This document shows positions 55,886-63,854 of a DNA stretch of 64,000 nucleotides, piece by piece. Position 1 is the stretch's first letter. Each line of letters begins with the position of its first letter. Source of the DNA: Nanobdellota archaeon (lineage in GTDB: Archaea; Nanobdellota; Nanobdellia; Pacearchaeales; GW2011-AR1); assembly GCA_030648155.1 (NCBI GenBank), contig JAUSIK010000008.1, positions 136,495 to 200,494 on the forward strand, written 5' to 3'. Below the pieces are notes generated by a model. The model worked only from the letters and a program-made list of their open reading frames with translations, did no database searches and was not told the origin of the DNA. A program made the position numbers and the translations under genes.

Positions 55886-56885
55886 ATATGTTAACTTTAT
55901 CTAAATGTCTTTTATTAGAAAATCCTATAATAGACATCCATTTCCTTAACTGATGAATACCATAAATTTCTATTTTATAAATCTGCCTCTTTGAATCAAA
56001 AGCATGAAAAACCTTAAAATGTTTAGATAAATAATCACAAAGTTGATTATATAGCCTCTCACTTACTGTCTGAATGTATATTCTGGGATAATATGAATTG
56101 TAAGATTTTCTTTTGTCCAAAAAAACACCCCCATCAGTATCAAATATTCCTCTTATAGTTGATCTGATATTTTCATCTTTGGACAAAGTAATCTTTTCTG
56201 GGATAAAAATTGTATGAGCTTTTCTTCCTGGAATAAAGTTATAAAACTCCTTCAAAAAATAAAATAACCTTCTTGAATAAAATACTATTCTTATTGCATT
56301 TTCCTTATTAAAAGATTTGTAAATATGTGGCTTTAAATCAGGAACTATTATTTTTAATATAGGAATTATTGTCCCATGATAATAAGAAAGGTCATACCTT
56401 CTATCTCCCGCAAATTCTATATGATAAAGTTTATTATTATACTTATTAAAACGCCCATCCCCAATAAAAGCCCCTGCAAGCTCACATAATGAGTCAGATA
56501 ATTCAATAGAAGAAAAAGAATCAATTTCTTTCTTAATTTCTTTTAAACTTAGAAGCTTAGTAGCAATATTAGCTTTTTGTCTTCCTTCCTCAAATTTTTC
56601 AAAATTGATTAAATAAGCTTTTTTACCGCCTTTAATCTGCCCAAAATTGTCTGGAAATTTTTCTATATTATTAATGATTTTATCTTTAAGATTATTATCT
56701 AAATTTTTAATTAATTGATAAAATAATTTTTCAGGCATTAATATTTTTCCAGATTTATAATCGTCGAAACACTTTTTCGAGACAGAATAATCTTCTCTAA
56801 TTTCCTTCCAGCTCTTATTCAGAATATCCTTAATAGAGTTAAAAAGTAAATTTTTAATATCCTCTCCTTTTATTTTAATTCTCAT
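55842..56885 (-). CDS. free-standing double-motif LAGLIDADG endonuclease-like protein whose ORF reads through the tRNA-Thr 5' exon
   Basis: Motifs LAGAFIGDGRF and IRGIFDTDGGVF are about 100 aa apart. The last 14 codons (LSSSDGLERDIGI*) are the tRNA 5' exon, and the stop TAA lies inside the tRNA intron. Confidence 0.7.
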   Translation of the reverse strand: MRIKIKGEDIKNLLFNSIKDILNKSWKEIREDYSVSKKCFDDYKSGKILMPEKLFYQLIKNLDNNLKDKIINNIEKFPDNFGQIKGGKKAYLINFEKFEEGRQKANIATKLLSLKEIKKEIDSFSSIELSDSLCELAGAFIGDGRFNKYNNKLYHIEFAGDRRYDLSYYHGTIIPILKIIVPDLKPHIYKSFNKENAIRIVFYSRRLFYFLKEFYNFIPGRKAHTIFIPEKITLSKDENIRSTIRGIFDTDGGVFLDKRKSYNSYYPRIYIQTVSERLYNQLCDYLSKHFKVFHAFDSKRQIYKIEIYGIHQLRKWMSIIGFSNKRHLDKVNICLSSSDGLERDIGI

Positions 56886-56976
56886 TAAAGTTTTAAGAAA
56901 TAAGGATATATAATTTTTGTGCCTATTGAGCTATAGTGGCACACCAAAAGAAATTTACAACCCTATAAAAACATAA

Positions 56977-57198
56977 CTATTCTTTCCCATAACTCTCATT
57001 CGATTCAGGAAGCCATTCAAACTTAACCACATAGCTAGTAACCTGCAGTCCCTGATCAACTAAATTTTCAAACCATCCACTATATAAATTAAAAAATTCT
57101 GCCCTTTCAGAGGAGTTATTTAAATGTAATTCATGATTGCTTATAATAAACAAAGCTCCCAAAAAAAGCAACTTTAAAATAACCATTGCTACTTTCAT
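56977..57198 (-). CDS. small signal/TM protein (73 aa)
   Basis: ORF. 4-nt overlap with the upstream ORF. Confidence 0.35.
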   Translation of the reverse strand: MKVAMVILKLLFLGALFIISNHELHLNNSSERAEFFNLYSGWFENLVDQGLQVTSYVVKFEWLPESNESYGKE

Positions 57199-57521
57199 TT
57201 TCCTGTAACATTAGTATTATTTAATATCCAATCTTGCTGAACAGCATATCCACTAATCCTGCCTACATTAGAAAATAGGCTTTTAAACCAAAGAAAATAA
57301 AGTTTTCCCCCCCTTACTATTCCGTCATAACTTGTAAAATCAACATCATAAGTAGAAGTAATATGATAAACGGAATAGCCGACAAATAGAACCAAACTTA
57401 CTGTAAATATCAAAAACAAATTCTTTTTTATAACAACGAAAACATTAACAAGATCTTGAGACTTAAACACAGTTACGAAAAGAACTACAACTAAAATGCT
57501 AATTAGCCACCAACTTAACAT
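57195..57521 (-). CDS. small 2-TM protein (108 aa)
   Basis: ORF only. Confidence 0.35.
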   Translation of the reverse strand: MLSWWLISILVVVLFVTVFKSQDLVNVFVVIKKNLFLIFTVSLVLFVGYSVYHITSTYDVDFTSYDGIVRGGKLYFLWFKSLFSNVGRISGYAVQQDWILNNTNVTGK

Positions 57522-57575
57522 ATTTTCACCTATGTAATTGAAAGATGGAGTTCTATAAAAACCTTTCTTACGATT

Positions 57576-58025
57576 TTAAACGAATAATAATACAAATAAA
57601 ACTATATCTATTAGAGCAAATATAAAGAATATCCACCGATCTATTAAACCGCCTGTCCGAACTACTCCGCTAGACTGAAACTTTAGAGGCCAAAAAGGCT
57701 TTATTCCATTAACAGTAAAACTATCAGCAAATAAATGAAAGAAATACCCTAAAAAGAAGGGTAGAGCCAAAATAGGAAAGAAAAGGGCCAATATTAAAGA
57801 AAACAACACTCCAATAGTATAGCTATGCAGAGGCCCCCTATGAGTTAACACTAATTGTACAGGCCTAAATATTTTCTTCTTTCCTAATTGTGAAAAACCA
57901 GAATCAATATCGGGCATTAAGCTTGCAATCAATATTATGGGAATAAAAATGAATTTATGCTTCACAAAAGGCAAAAAATGAAGTCCGGCAGCTAAACCGA
58001 TAACTAAATGTGTCCTCTTTATCAT
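57576..58025 (-). CDS. DUF457/YdjM-like membrane-bound metal-dependent hydrolase
   Basis: THLVIGLAAG..., PDIDS, HRGPLHS, HLFADS. Confidence 0.6.
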   Translation of the reverse strand: MIKRTHLVIGLAAGLHFLPFVKHKFIFIPIILIASLMPDIDSGFSQLGKKKIFRPVQLVLTHRGPLHSYTIGVLFSLILALFFPILALPFFLGYFFHLFADSFTVNGIKPFWPLKFQSSGVVRTGGLIDRWIFFIFALIDIVLFVLLFV

Positions 58026-58055
58026 TCATAAAAGAGAAATAATGAAAATTTAAAT

Positions 58056-58478
58056 CTATCCTTTAGCCCCAAGTCCGAAATATCGAGATAATATAGAAAC
58101 ATCTTCATAATTGATTAATTTTCCTCTAGGAGAAGAAAAATGGTCAAATCCTATTTTATTATTAGAATATCTTGGTACTAAATGAACATGTAAATGTTTA
58201 ACTTCTTCATTTAAAGAAGCACTATATATATTTTCAGGTTTTAAACACTCTTTTAATCCTCTAGAAACCAATGAAGTCATTCTTCCAATATGTCTTGCAA
58301 CCCCACTGCTAACTGACCCTAATTCTGGAGCGTGCTCTTTCAAAATAATAAGGGAATGTCCTCTAGAAATTGGAAAATCATCTAGCATAATATACACTAA
58401 ATTATCTTCATACAATTTTTGTTTTTCTTTTTCCTTGCTAGTTATAAATCTGCAAAATAAACACGCATCATTATCCAT
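58056..58478 (-). CDS. HIT-family nucleotide hydrolase/transferase
   Basis: Histidine triad HLHVHLVPR; N-terminal CLFC. Confidence 0.8.
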   Translation of the reverse strand: MDNDACLFCRFITSKEKEKQKLYEDNLVYIMLDDFPISRGHSLIILKEHAPELGSVSSGVARHIGRMTSLVSRGLKECLKPENIYSASLNEEVKHLHVHLVPRYSNNKIGFDHFSSPRGKLINYEDVSILSRYFGLGAKG

Positions 58479-58569
58479 ATGTAATCTATAATAAACATCC
58501 TTATATAATTAATTATCTTAAAGCTCATAAAGTAACATTTAAAATCCTTGTTTTATCATTAACAAGTAT

Positions 58570-58642
58570 AGCCCCATGGTCAAGCGGTCTACGATTCGGC
58601 CCTCTGGAGGCCGAGACCCAGGTTCGAATCCTGGTGGGGCTA
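58570..58642 (+). tRNA. tRNA-Gln (anticodon CTG), no intron
   Basis: Acceptor AGCCCCA/TGGGGCT (A1-U72, as is usual for archaeal tRNA-Gln). Anticodon arm CGGCC-CTCTGGA-GGCCG. T arm CCAGG-TTCGAAT-CCTGG. Discriminator A. Confidence 0.85.
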
Positions 58643-58890
58643 TTTCATATTCCAGGATGAGAACCTGGAAGGTTCGACGAGTATTTTCATCTGACTAAAC
58701 AATTTTATACTTACAGATGAGAATATGAGCACTGGTGGGGCTATTTCATGATCATAGATCATGTCAATTCCCTTGGAATTGTGCATATGCTAGACAACTG
58801 TTATTCAACAGCTAAATGTTTCTTTGAACTCATAGAAGGTTTCTTTACAAAGAAAGCTTGTATTTCTGGATCCTGGTGGGGCTATTCATA
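58631..58890 (+). repeat. three direct copies of the tRNA-Gln 3' end + trailer (CTGGTGGGGCTATTTCAT) separated by hairpin-rich spacers
   Basis: Copies at 58631-58648 (in the tRNA), 58732-58749 (identical) and 58873-58890 (one T missing). A decayed fourth trace, GGTTCGAcgagTATTTTCAT, lies at 58671-58690. Spacer hairpins: TTCCAGG/CCTGGAA, TTTTCATCTG/CAGATGAGAA, CAATTCC/GGAATTG, TTTCTTT/AAAGAAA. Confidence 0.75.
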
Positions 58891-59016
58891 ATCGAATAGA
58901 ATGAGATTATGTAAATAAAAAATATCTTTTGTTTATCCATCTCTAAAAATAATTATAATTCGGTTTTATTTACATAAACCAAAATCTTTTAAAGCCTCTT
59001 CCTTTGATAAAATGAG

Positions 59017-59188
59017 GCTCTTGTAGTCTAGTAGTCAAGGACGACGCCCTCTCGAATCGCCGAGGAATAAATCGTTCAGATGATGTCTTCAGTCCTCTCT
59101 AGGACAGGCACTTTCATTTTAAGTTGCTTCAATTTTCTTGAAGCAATGGAGAACGGCGTAAACCCGGGTGCGAATCCCGGCAGGAGCA
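59017..59188 (+). tRNA. tRNA-Glu (anticodon CTC) with about 99-nt intron at 37/38 (about 59055..59153)
   Basis: Acceptor GCTCTTG/CAGGAGC. D stem GTCT/GGAC. Anticodon stem ACGCC (59044-48) / GGCGT (59155-59). Loop CTCTCG|intron|C. T arm CCGGG-TGCGAAT-CCCGG. The intron contains GTCCT-ctct-AGGAC and TTGCTTCAA-ttttc-TTGAAGCAA. Confidence 0.8.
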
Positions 59189-59272
59189 TATAACTCCTAT
59201 AGCAGAATGGTGTGAACTAGAAAGATTCACATAAGTACAGAAATTGAATATTTAGCAATTGTCTATAAAAAG

Positions 59273-59548
59273 TTATTTTTTACCTTTTTGAATAATCCAT
59301 CCGATAAATAAAGATACTAAGAATAAAGGAATACCAAAAATAATAATGCTGTAGAATAAATATGGAAGGATGCTATTATAAGTACAGAAACCAGTGCCAT
59401 GAAAACTTGGCATGCCATTGTATCCACATTCTCCTTTTCCTAAGTTTAGTATAATTCTTATAATTCCAAAATAAGCAACTGAAATAACAAAAAGTATTAA
59501 ACCAATTATTGAACCTTTTTTAGTAGAGCTAGTCTTATTCCAGTCCAT
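59273..59548 (-). CDS. small 3-TM membrane protein (91 aa)
   Basis: ORF only. Confidence 0.35.
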   Translation of the reverse strand: MDWNKTSSTKKGSIIGLILFVISVAYFGIIRIILNLGKGECGYNGMPSFHGTGFCTYNSILPYLFYSIIIFGIPLFLVSLFIGWIIQKGKK

Positions 59549-59665
59549 ATTATTTCAAGTTCCCAATTCTATTTAAATTAATCCTTTTATTAATAATATC
59601 ATCAGGAGCATATTTTTATTTTATAAACCACATATCTTTAAATACAATATTTTCCTATTCATCCC

Positions 59666-60130
59666 ATGGCTAAGATTTATCATAAATTTACTATTGAAAC
59701 TCCTGCTTCTGCAGTATATCCACTATTAACAACAGTAGAGGGCCTTCAAAAATGGTGGATGAAAGACTCAAGAGGCACTCCAGAAGAAGTAAATGGTGAA
59801 ATTGAATTTGGAGATAAATCAACTTATTACAACAAAATGAAAGTTATCTCTCATGAAAAAGATAAAAAAGTTGTATGGCAAGTTTTAGAAAGTGTTGGCC
59901 CAATGCCTGAAGCAGAGGCATGGAATAAAACAACTATAGAAATAGAATTAGAAGAAAAACAACTAGCAAGACTCGGAGGGAAAACAGCGACAATTGTTTT
60001 ATTTAAGCATAGTGGATTTCCTCAAGGTTCTGAAGATACTAAACCTTTTGCAGAAGCTAATTTCTATTGGGCTTATTCTCTTCTAGGTTTAAAAAACGTT
60101 GCCGAAGGAAAAGAAGGATTCCCAATGTAG
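59666..60130 (+). CDS. SRPBCC/AHSA1-like (START-fold) protein
   Basis: FTIETPASAVYPLLTTVEGLQKWW and the overall 150-aa size are typical of Aha1/SRPBCC proteins. Confidence 0.6.
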   Translation: MAKIYHKFTIETPASAVYPLLTTVEGLQKWWMKDSRGTPEEVNGEIEFGDKSTYYNKMKVISHEKDKKVVWQVLESVGPMPEAEAWNKTTIEIELEEKQLARLGGKTATIVLFKHSGFPQGSEDTKPFAEANFYWAYSLLGLKNVAEGKEGFPM

Positions 60131-60362
60131 TAAAAATTATAAACTGTAAAGTAAATTTCTTAATTTAATCTTTTTACAATTGTAAAGATTAAAAATATAT
60201 GTAAAAACATCTAAAATTATTAATTATTATAAATGATTGATAGATTGTAAAGATCATAGCAGAGATTAAGCAATAAATGAAATTTAACAAAAACAATAAG
60301 TTTAATAATTATAGTTCAGTAAGATATTTAATAAAACGAACCCTATATATTGCAACAATATA

Positions 60363-60665
60363 GTGAGTTGGAGAGAAGAATTTGAGCAAAGATATACAGG
60401 CCATAAGTCTTCAGACTTAGCATTTGAATTGCTTAGGCAAGACCACTTATGGTTTTTAAGGAATAGAGAAATGTTGACAAATAAGTATGTTAAGGGCTAT
60501 GTTGCAATACTTGAGAGTGTAGTCTTGCACCATGATAATGATGAGGAACTATTGCTCCGAAAAGTTTATGAAACTTATGGAGTACTAGGTGTATATTTGG
60601 CTCGCATAGATGGACCCCTTATCAGTTCTATAGAGACAGAGAACATTTTGCACGGAACGAGATAA
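60363..60665 (+). CDS. hypothetical protein (100 aa, GTG start; possibly DUF5678-like)
   Basis: ORF. KYVKGYVAILESVVLHHDNDEELL resembles the DUF5678 core. Weak. Confidence 0.3.
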   Translation: MSWREEFEQRYTGHKSSDLAFELLRQDHLWFLRNREMLTNKYVKGYVAILESVVLHHDNDEELLLRKVYETYGVLGVYLARIDGPLISSIETENILHGTR

Positions 60666-60676
60666 ATATAGAATAT

Positions 60677-61024
60677 TCAATTTCGCACCAATCCAATAAC
60701 TAATCCACTAACACCTACAATACTATGAAGTATTGTATCAGTTAAATTAAACGCATCTAAACCTCCAAAGTCCATAAAAGTCCATCCAAATAATGCTACA
60801 AATGTAAAAAAAGCCCCATTAATCAAACAAAATGGCTTCCAAAATGTCTTATTACTCCATCCATACTTTACTACAATCAAGCCTAACAAAACATGGAACA
60901 CTTTGTGCCATGTCTCTACTCTATGCCCAAATTCGATCCAATCCAACATAAAAGAAAAAAATATTAAAATAAAAAACACACCTATAATTCTAGTATAATA
61001 TTTTTGTAAAACCTCTCCTTTCAT
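60677..61024 (-). CDS. small 4-TM membrane protein (115 aa)
   Basis: ORF with hydrophobic helices. Confidence 0.4.
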   Translation of the reverse strand: MKGEVLQKYYTRIIGVFFILIFFSFMLDWIEFGHRVETWHKVFHVLLGLIVVKYGWSNKTFWKPFCLINGAFFTFVALFGWTFMDFGGLDAFNLTDTILHSIVGVSGLVIGLVRN

Positions 61025-61046
61025 GATTCTTAAAGAAATTTAAACT

Positions 61047-61640
61047 TTATAAATTAACTTCTCTAAACGCTCTTACTTTGCTTTTAATAATTCTAGAAAA
61101 ATTCTCTACTATATACTTATTAATTCCAACAATATGATAAACACAATTTTTTAAGCCTAATCCCGGCATTGATAAACTAATATCTTCTAAGGCATATCCA
61201 CTAGCCCTAGCTAGTAATGCTGTGCTAGGATCTAATTCGGGAAGATCTATGTTTCCAGTTGACAAGCTGTAAGCTATAAAACTAGTAAGTTTGCCTTCTT
61301 CTATATCTTGCAAAAAGTTATAGGATCTTACAGCATCGCAAGCTAAATCTCCAGAATCAAAATGTTCCCAATTTTTTCCATACATTCCATTAATGATAAT
61401 AATACTTGCATCAGAATATTTATCCTTGACAACAGGAACATTTCCGCCTAACGGTTTTCTTACCCATCCCTTCGCAGGGTCCTCAACAAGGGTGCTATTT
61501 CTATAAGTAAATACCGGCCTGTAAACAATACTTCCATCTTCAGCTACCTCTACATCAGTCTCGTAGAGAGTCTTTTGAGCCAAATCATTCGCTGCGAGAT
61601 CTCTCCTCCTTATTCTTCCAGTACCTATTCCCATATCCAA
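61047..61640 (-). CDS. hypothetical protein (197 aa)
   Basis: ORF preceded by a TATA box and the conserved motif at 61665..61683. Confidence 0.45.
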   Translation of the reverse strand: MDMGIGTGRIRRRDLAANDLAQKTLYETDVEVAEDGSIVYRPVFTYRNSTLVEDPAKGWVRKPLGGNVPVVKDKYSDASIIIINGMYGKNWEHFDSGDLACDAVRSYNFLQDIEEGKLTSFIAYSLSTGNIDLPELDPSTALLARASGYALEDISLSMPGLGLKNCVYHIVGINKYIVENFSRIIKSKVRAFREVNL

Positions 61641-61664
61641 TACTCAAAAAACCAATTTATAAAC

Positions 61665-61683
61665 CTTTCTATTTGTCACCACT
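61665..61683 (-). promoter_or_regulatory. conserved upstream motif AGTGGTNACAAATAGAAAG + TATA (copy 2)
   Basis: See 26925..26943. 18 of 19 nt are identical, and spacing to the TATA box and ATG is similar. Confidence 0.4.
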
Positions 61684-61784
61684 GAACAGTGTTAATAGAA
61701 ATAATCTATCTATTTTTGCTTATTTAATTGTATTAACCTGTTGGAAAAATAAACAGCAAAACCTTAAATATTCCTTTTCTTTCA

Positions 61785-62867
61785 ATGAAAATTATGGATA
61801 AAAAAGAGGTACAAGAAAAAATTATTCCTAGCCAAGAAAACAAAGTAACAGAGGAGGAGTTTTCGGCAATATTGAAAGTTGTAGCACCTGGCACTAATTT
61901 AAGAACTTCATTAGACGGGGCTCTTAAAGCCCATAAAGGTGCATTAGTAGTTATAGAAAACGAATCAGTACCAAGCCTTATCGACGGGGGATTCAAATTA
62001 AATACTAAATTCACACCTCAAAAATTAGTTGAGCTGACAAAAATGGATGGAGCTATAGTTCTTTCAAAAGACATAAAAAAAATAACCTATGCAAACGTAT
62101 TATTAACTCCTGAAAGTAAAATTTCAACTCAAGAAACAGGCACCAGGCATAAGGCAGCAGAGAGAACTGCGAAACAAGCTAGTACCCTTGTTATTGCAAT
62201 ATCCGAGAGAAAGCATGAAATAACTTTATTTTATAAAAATAGAAAACACCCGTTAATAAATACAGACGAACTATTAAGAAAAGCAAACGAACATATACAG
62301 CTATTAGAAAAACAAAGGGAACTCTTCGACTCTAATATTGAAAAGTTAAATATTCTTGAACTGAGAAATTATCCTAGTTTAAACCAAGCAATACAAGTAG
62401 TCCAAAAAGGATATCTAATCCAAAAAATCGCGGAAGAATTAAAAAGATATACAATAGAACTTGGAAAAGAAGGAATGCTCCTAAAAATAAGATTAAAAGA
62501 ATTAGTTAAAGATGTTGAAGAAGAAACAGATTATATTATTAAAGATTATACTCAGTTCAATTTCAAGAGATCTAAAAATTTAATTGAGGATCTCCAATAT
62601 GATGAAATTCTTGACAACGATCATATATTAGAAATTTTAGGATATGATAAATCGACCCCAACTATTTCAGTCATAAAAGGTTGGAGAATTTTAAGTAAAA
62701 CTTCCCTGCATGAATCAGAAATAGCCCAAGTCATTAATGAAGCAGGCTCATTAGGAAAATCACTTCACTCAAATATAGACTTCTATAGAAAAATCCTAGG
62801 GGAAGAAAAAGCATATCTCTTAAAAGAAGAGTTGAGCAGAATTAAACTAAATAATATAGTTGGTTAA
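61785..62867 (+). CDS. disA: DisA-type diadenylate cyclase (DAC domain + linker + HhH)
   Basis: VAPGTNLRTSLDGAL, KMDGAIVL and ETGTRHKAAERTAKQ (DGA and RHR-type DAC motifs). Full 360-aa DisA-like architecture. Confidence 0.85.
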   Translation: MKIMDKKEVQEKIIPSQENKVTEEEFSAILKVVAPGTNLRTSLDGALKAHKGALVVIENESVPSLIDGGFKLNTKFTPQKLVELTKMDGAIVLSKDIKKITYANVLLTPESKISTQETGTRHKAAERTAKQASTLVIAISERKHEITLFYKNRKHPLINTDELLRKANEHIQLLEKQRELFDSNIEKLNILELRNYPSLNQAIQVVQKGYLIQKIAEELKRYTIELGKEGMLLKIRLKELVKDVEEETDYIIKDYTQFNFKRSKNLIEDLQYDEILDNDHILEILGYDKSTPTISVIKGWRILSKTSLHESEIAQVINEAGSLGKSLHSNIDFYRKILGEEKAYLLKEELSRIKLNNIVG

Positions 62868-63613
62868 AGTCTCAATTTCCCTTCATGCCAATCCTTCACA
62901 ATTAACAAAGCAGCTCTTCTCTCATCAATAATTCCACCCTTCAGTAAATAACCTTTTTTTCTTGCAATTTCTTCGAGAATCATATCATAGTCTTTTCCAT
63001 CTACGCTTATATCATAAAATTTTTCTATAATAGATTTATTATATTGAATCAACATCCTCATTACTTCATAAGCAATTCTTTCTACATTTCTAATTTTTTC
63101 AATATTTTTAGCACCCATTATCCCCAGCATTCGTTCACTATCATCGAAAGGAACTACCCCAGGGGAATCTAATATCATTAATCCACCTGCTTTTATCCAT
63201 TGTATACCTCTTGTAGTTCCTGCTTTTGCAGAAACCTTAGCTCTAGCCCTTTTAGCTATAGCATTAATGACTGCAGATTTTCCAACATTAGGATAACCCA
63301 CAATTCCAATTTTAGGTTCATCAATCTTCATTCTTTTAGCCATTATTAACAAGCTCCTTTTCAAATTACTAATTCCAATATTCTTGACGCCAGAAACAAA
63401 AAAAGCATCAGGGTATTGATCTTTAATTTTATTCAAATATTTAGAAGTAGTAATATCAATTTTGTTAAAAACATATACCAAGACTTTTTTATGATACGCA
63501 ATCATCCTCCCTAATTCCTTATTCATTGACATAAGTGGCATTCTTACATCTAATATTAGCAATATTATGTCTGAATCTTTAATGACTTTCTTAGTAACTG
63601 GCCAAAATCCCAT
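62864..63613 (-). CDS. circularly permuted YlqF/RbgA-type ribosome-biogenesis GTPase
   Basis: G4 FNKIDI precedes G1 GYPNVGKS and G3 LDSPG. Confidence 0.8.
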   Translation of the reverse strand: MGFWPVTKKVIKDSDIILLILDVRMPLMSMNKELGRMIAYHKKVLVYVFNKIDITTSKYLNKIKDQYPDAFFVSGVKNIGISNLKRSLLIMAKRMKIDEPKIGIVGYPNVGKSAVINAIAKRARAKVSAKAGTTRGIQWIKAGGLMILDSPGVVPFDDSERMLGIMGAKNIEKIRNVERIAYEVMRMLIQYNKSIIEKFYDISVDGKDYDMILEEIARKKGYLLKGGIIDERRAALLIVKDWHEGKLRL

Positions 63614-63663
63614 GCTCTAATGAGAAAAACAAAGTTTATAAACCAAACTTTGCTCAAAAATTC

Positions 63664-63780
63664 ATGAAAAGATCATCCCGACGTTGGAAGAAAAAAGGAC
63701 AGATGAGATGGAAATGGCAGAGAAAGCTCCTTAAGAAGGAAAAGAGGAAGCGACGCCTTCATAGAGAAAGATCTGTATAA
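63664..63780 (+). CDS. rpl41e: 50S ribosomal protein L41e (38 aa)
   Basis: Hand-translated: MKRSSRRWKKKGQMRWKWQRKLLKKEKRKRRLHRERSV*. It matches the KRSSRRWKKKGRMRWKW pattern I recall for archaeal L41e. It is below the track cutoff. Confidence 0.6.
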   Translation: MKRSSRRWKKKGQMRWKWQRKLLKKEKRKRRLHRERSV

Positions 63781-63854
63781 AGTATATTGTTATAGTCGAA
63801 TTTTGCAAACTTCTCTATAAAAACCTTTATTAATATTAAACAATAGAAAATAGT

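Noticed and set aside
58631-58890. Possibility that the 18-nt direct repeats form a CRISPR array.
   Set aside because: There are only three copies with unequal long spacers (82 and 122 bp). The repeat is simply the tRNA-Gln 3' end plus trailer. No cas genes are nearby.
59055-59153. C/D box guide RNA encoded in the tRNA-Glu intron.
   Set aside because: Only a 6/7 C-box-like ATGATGT is present. No CUGA D-box and no terminal stem are seen.
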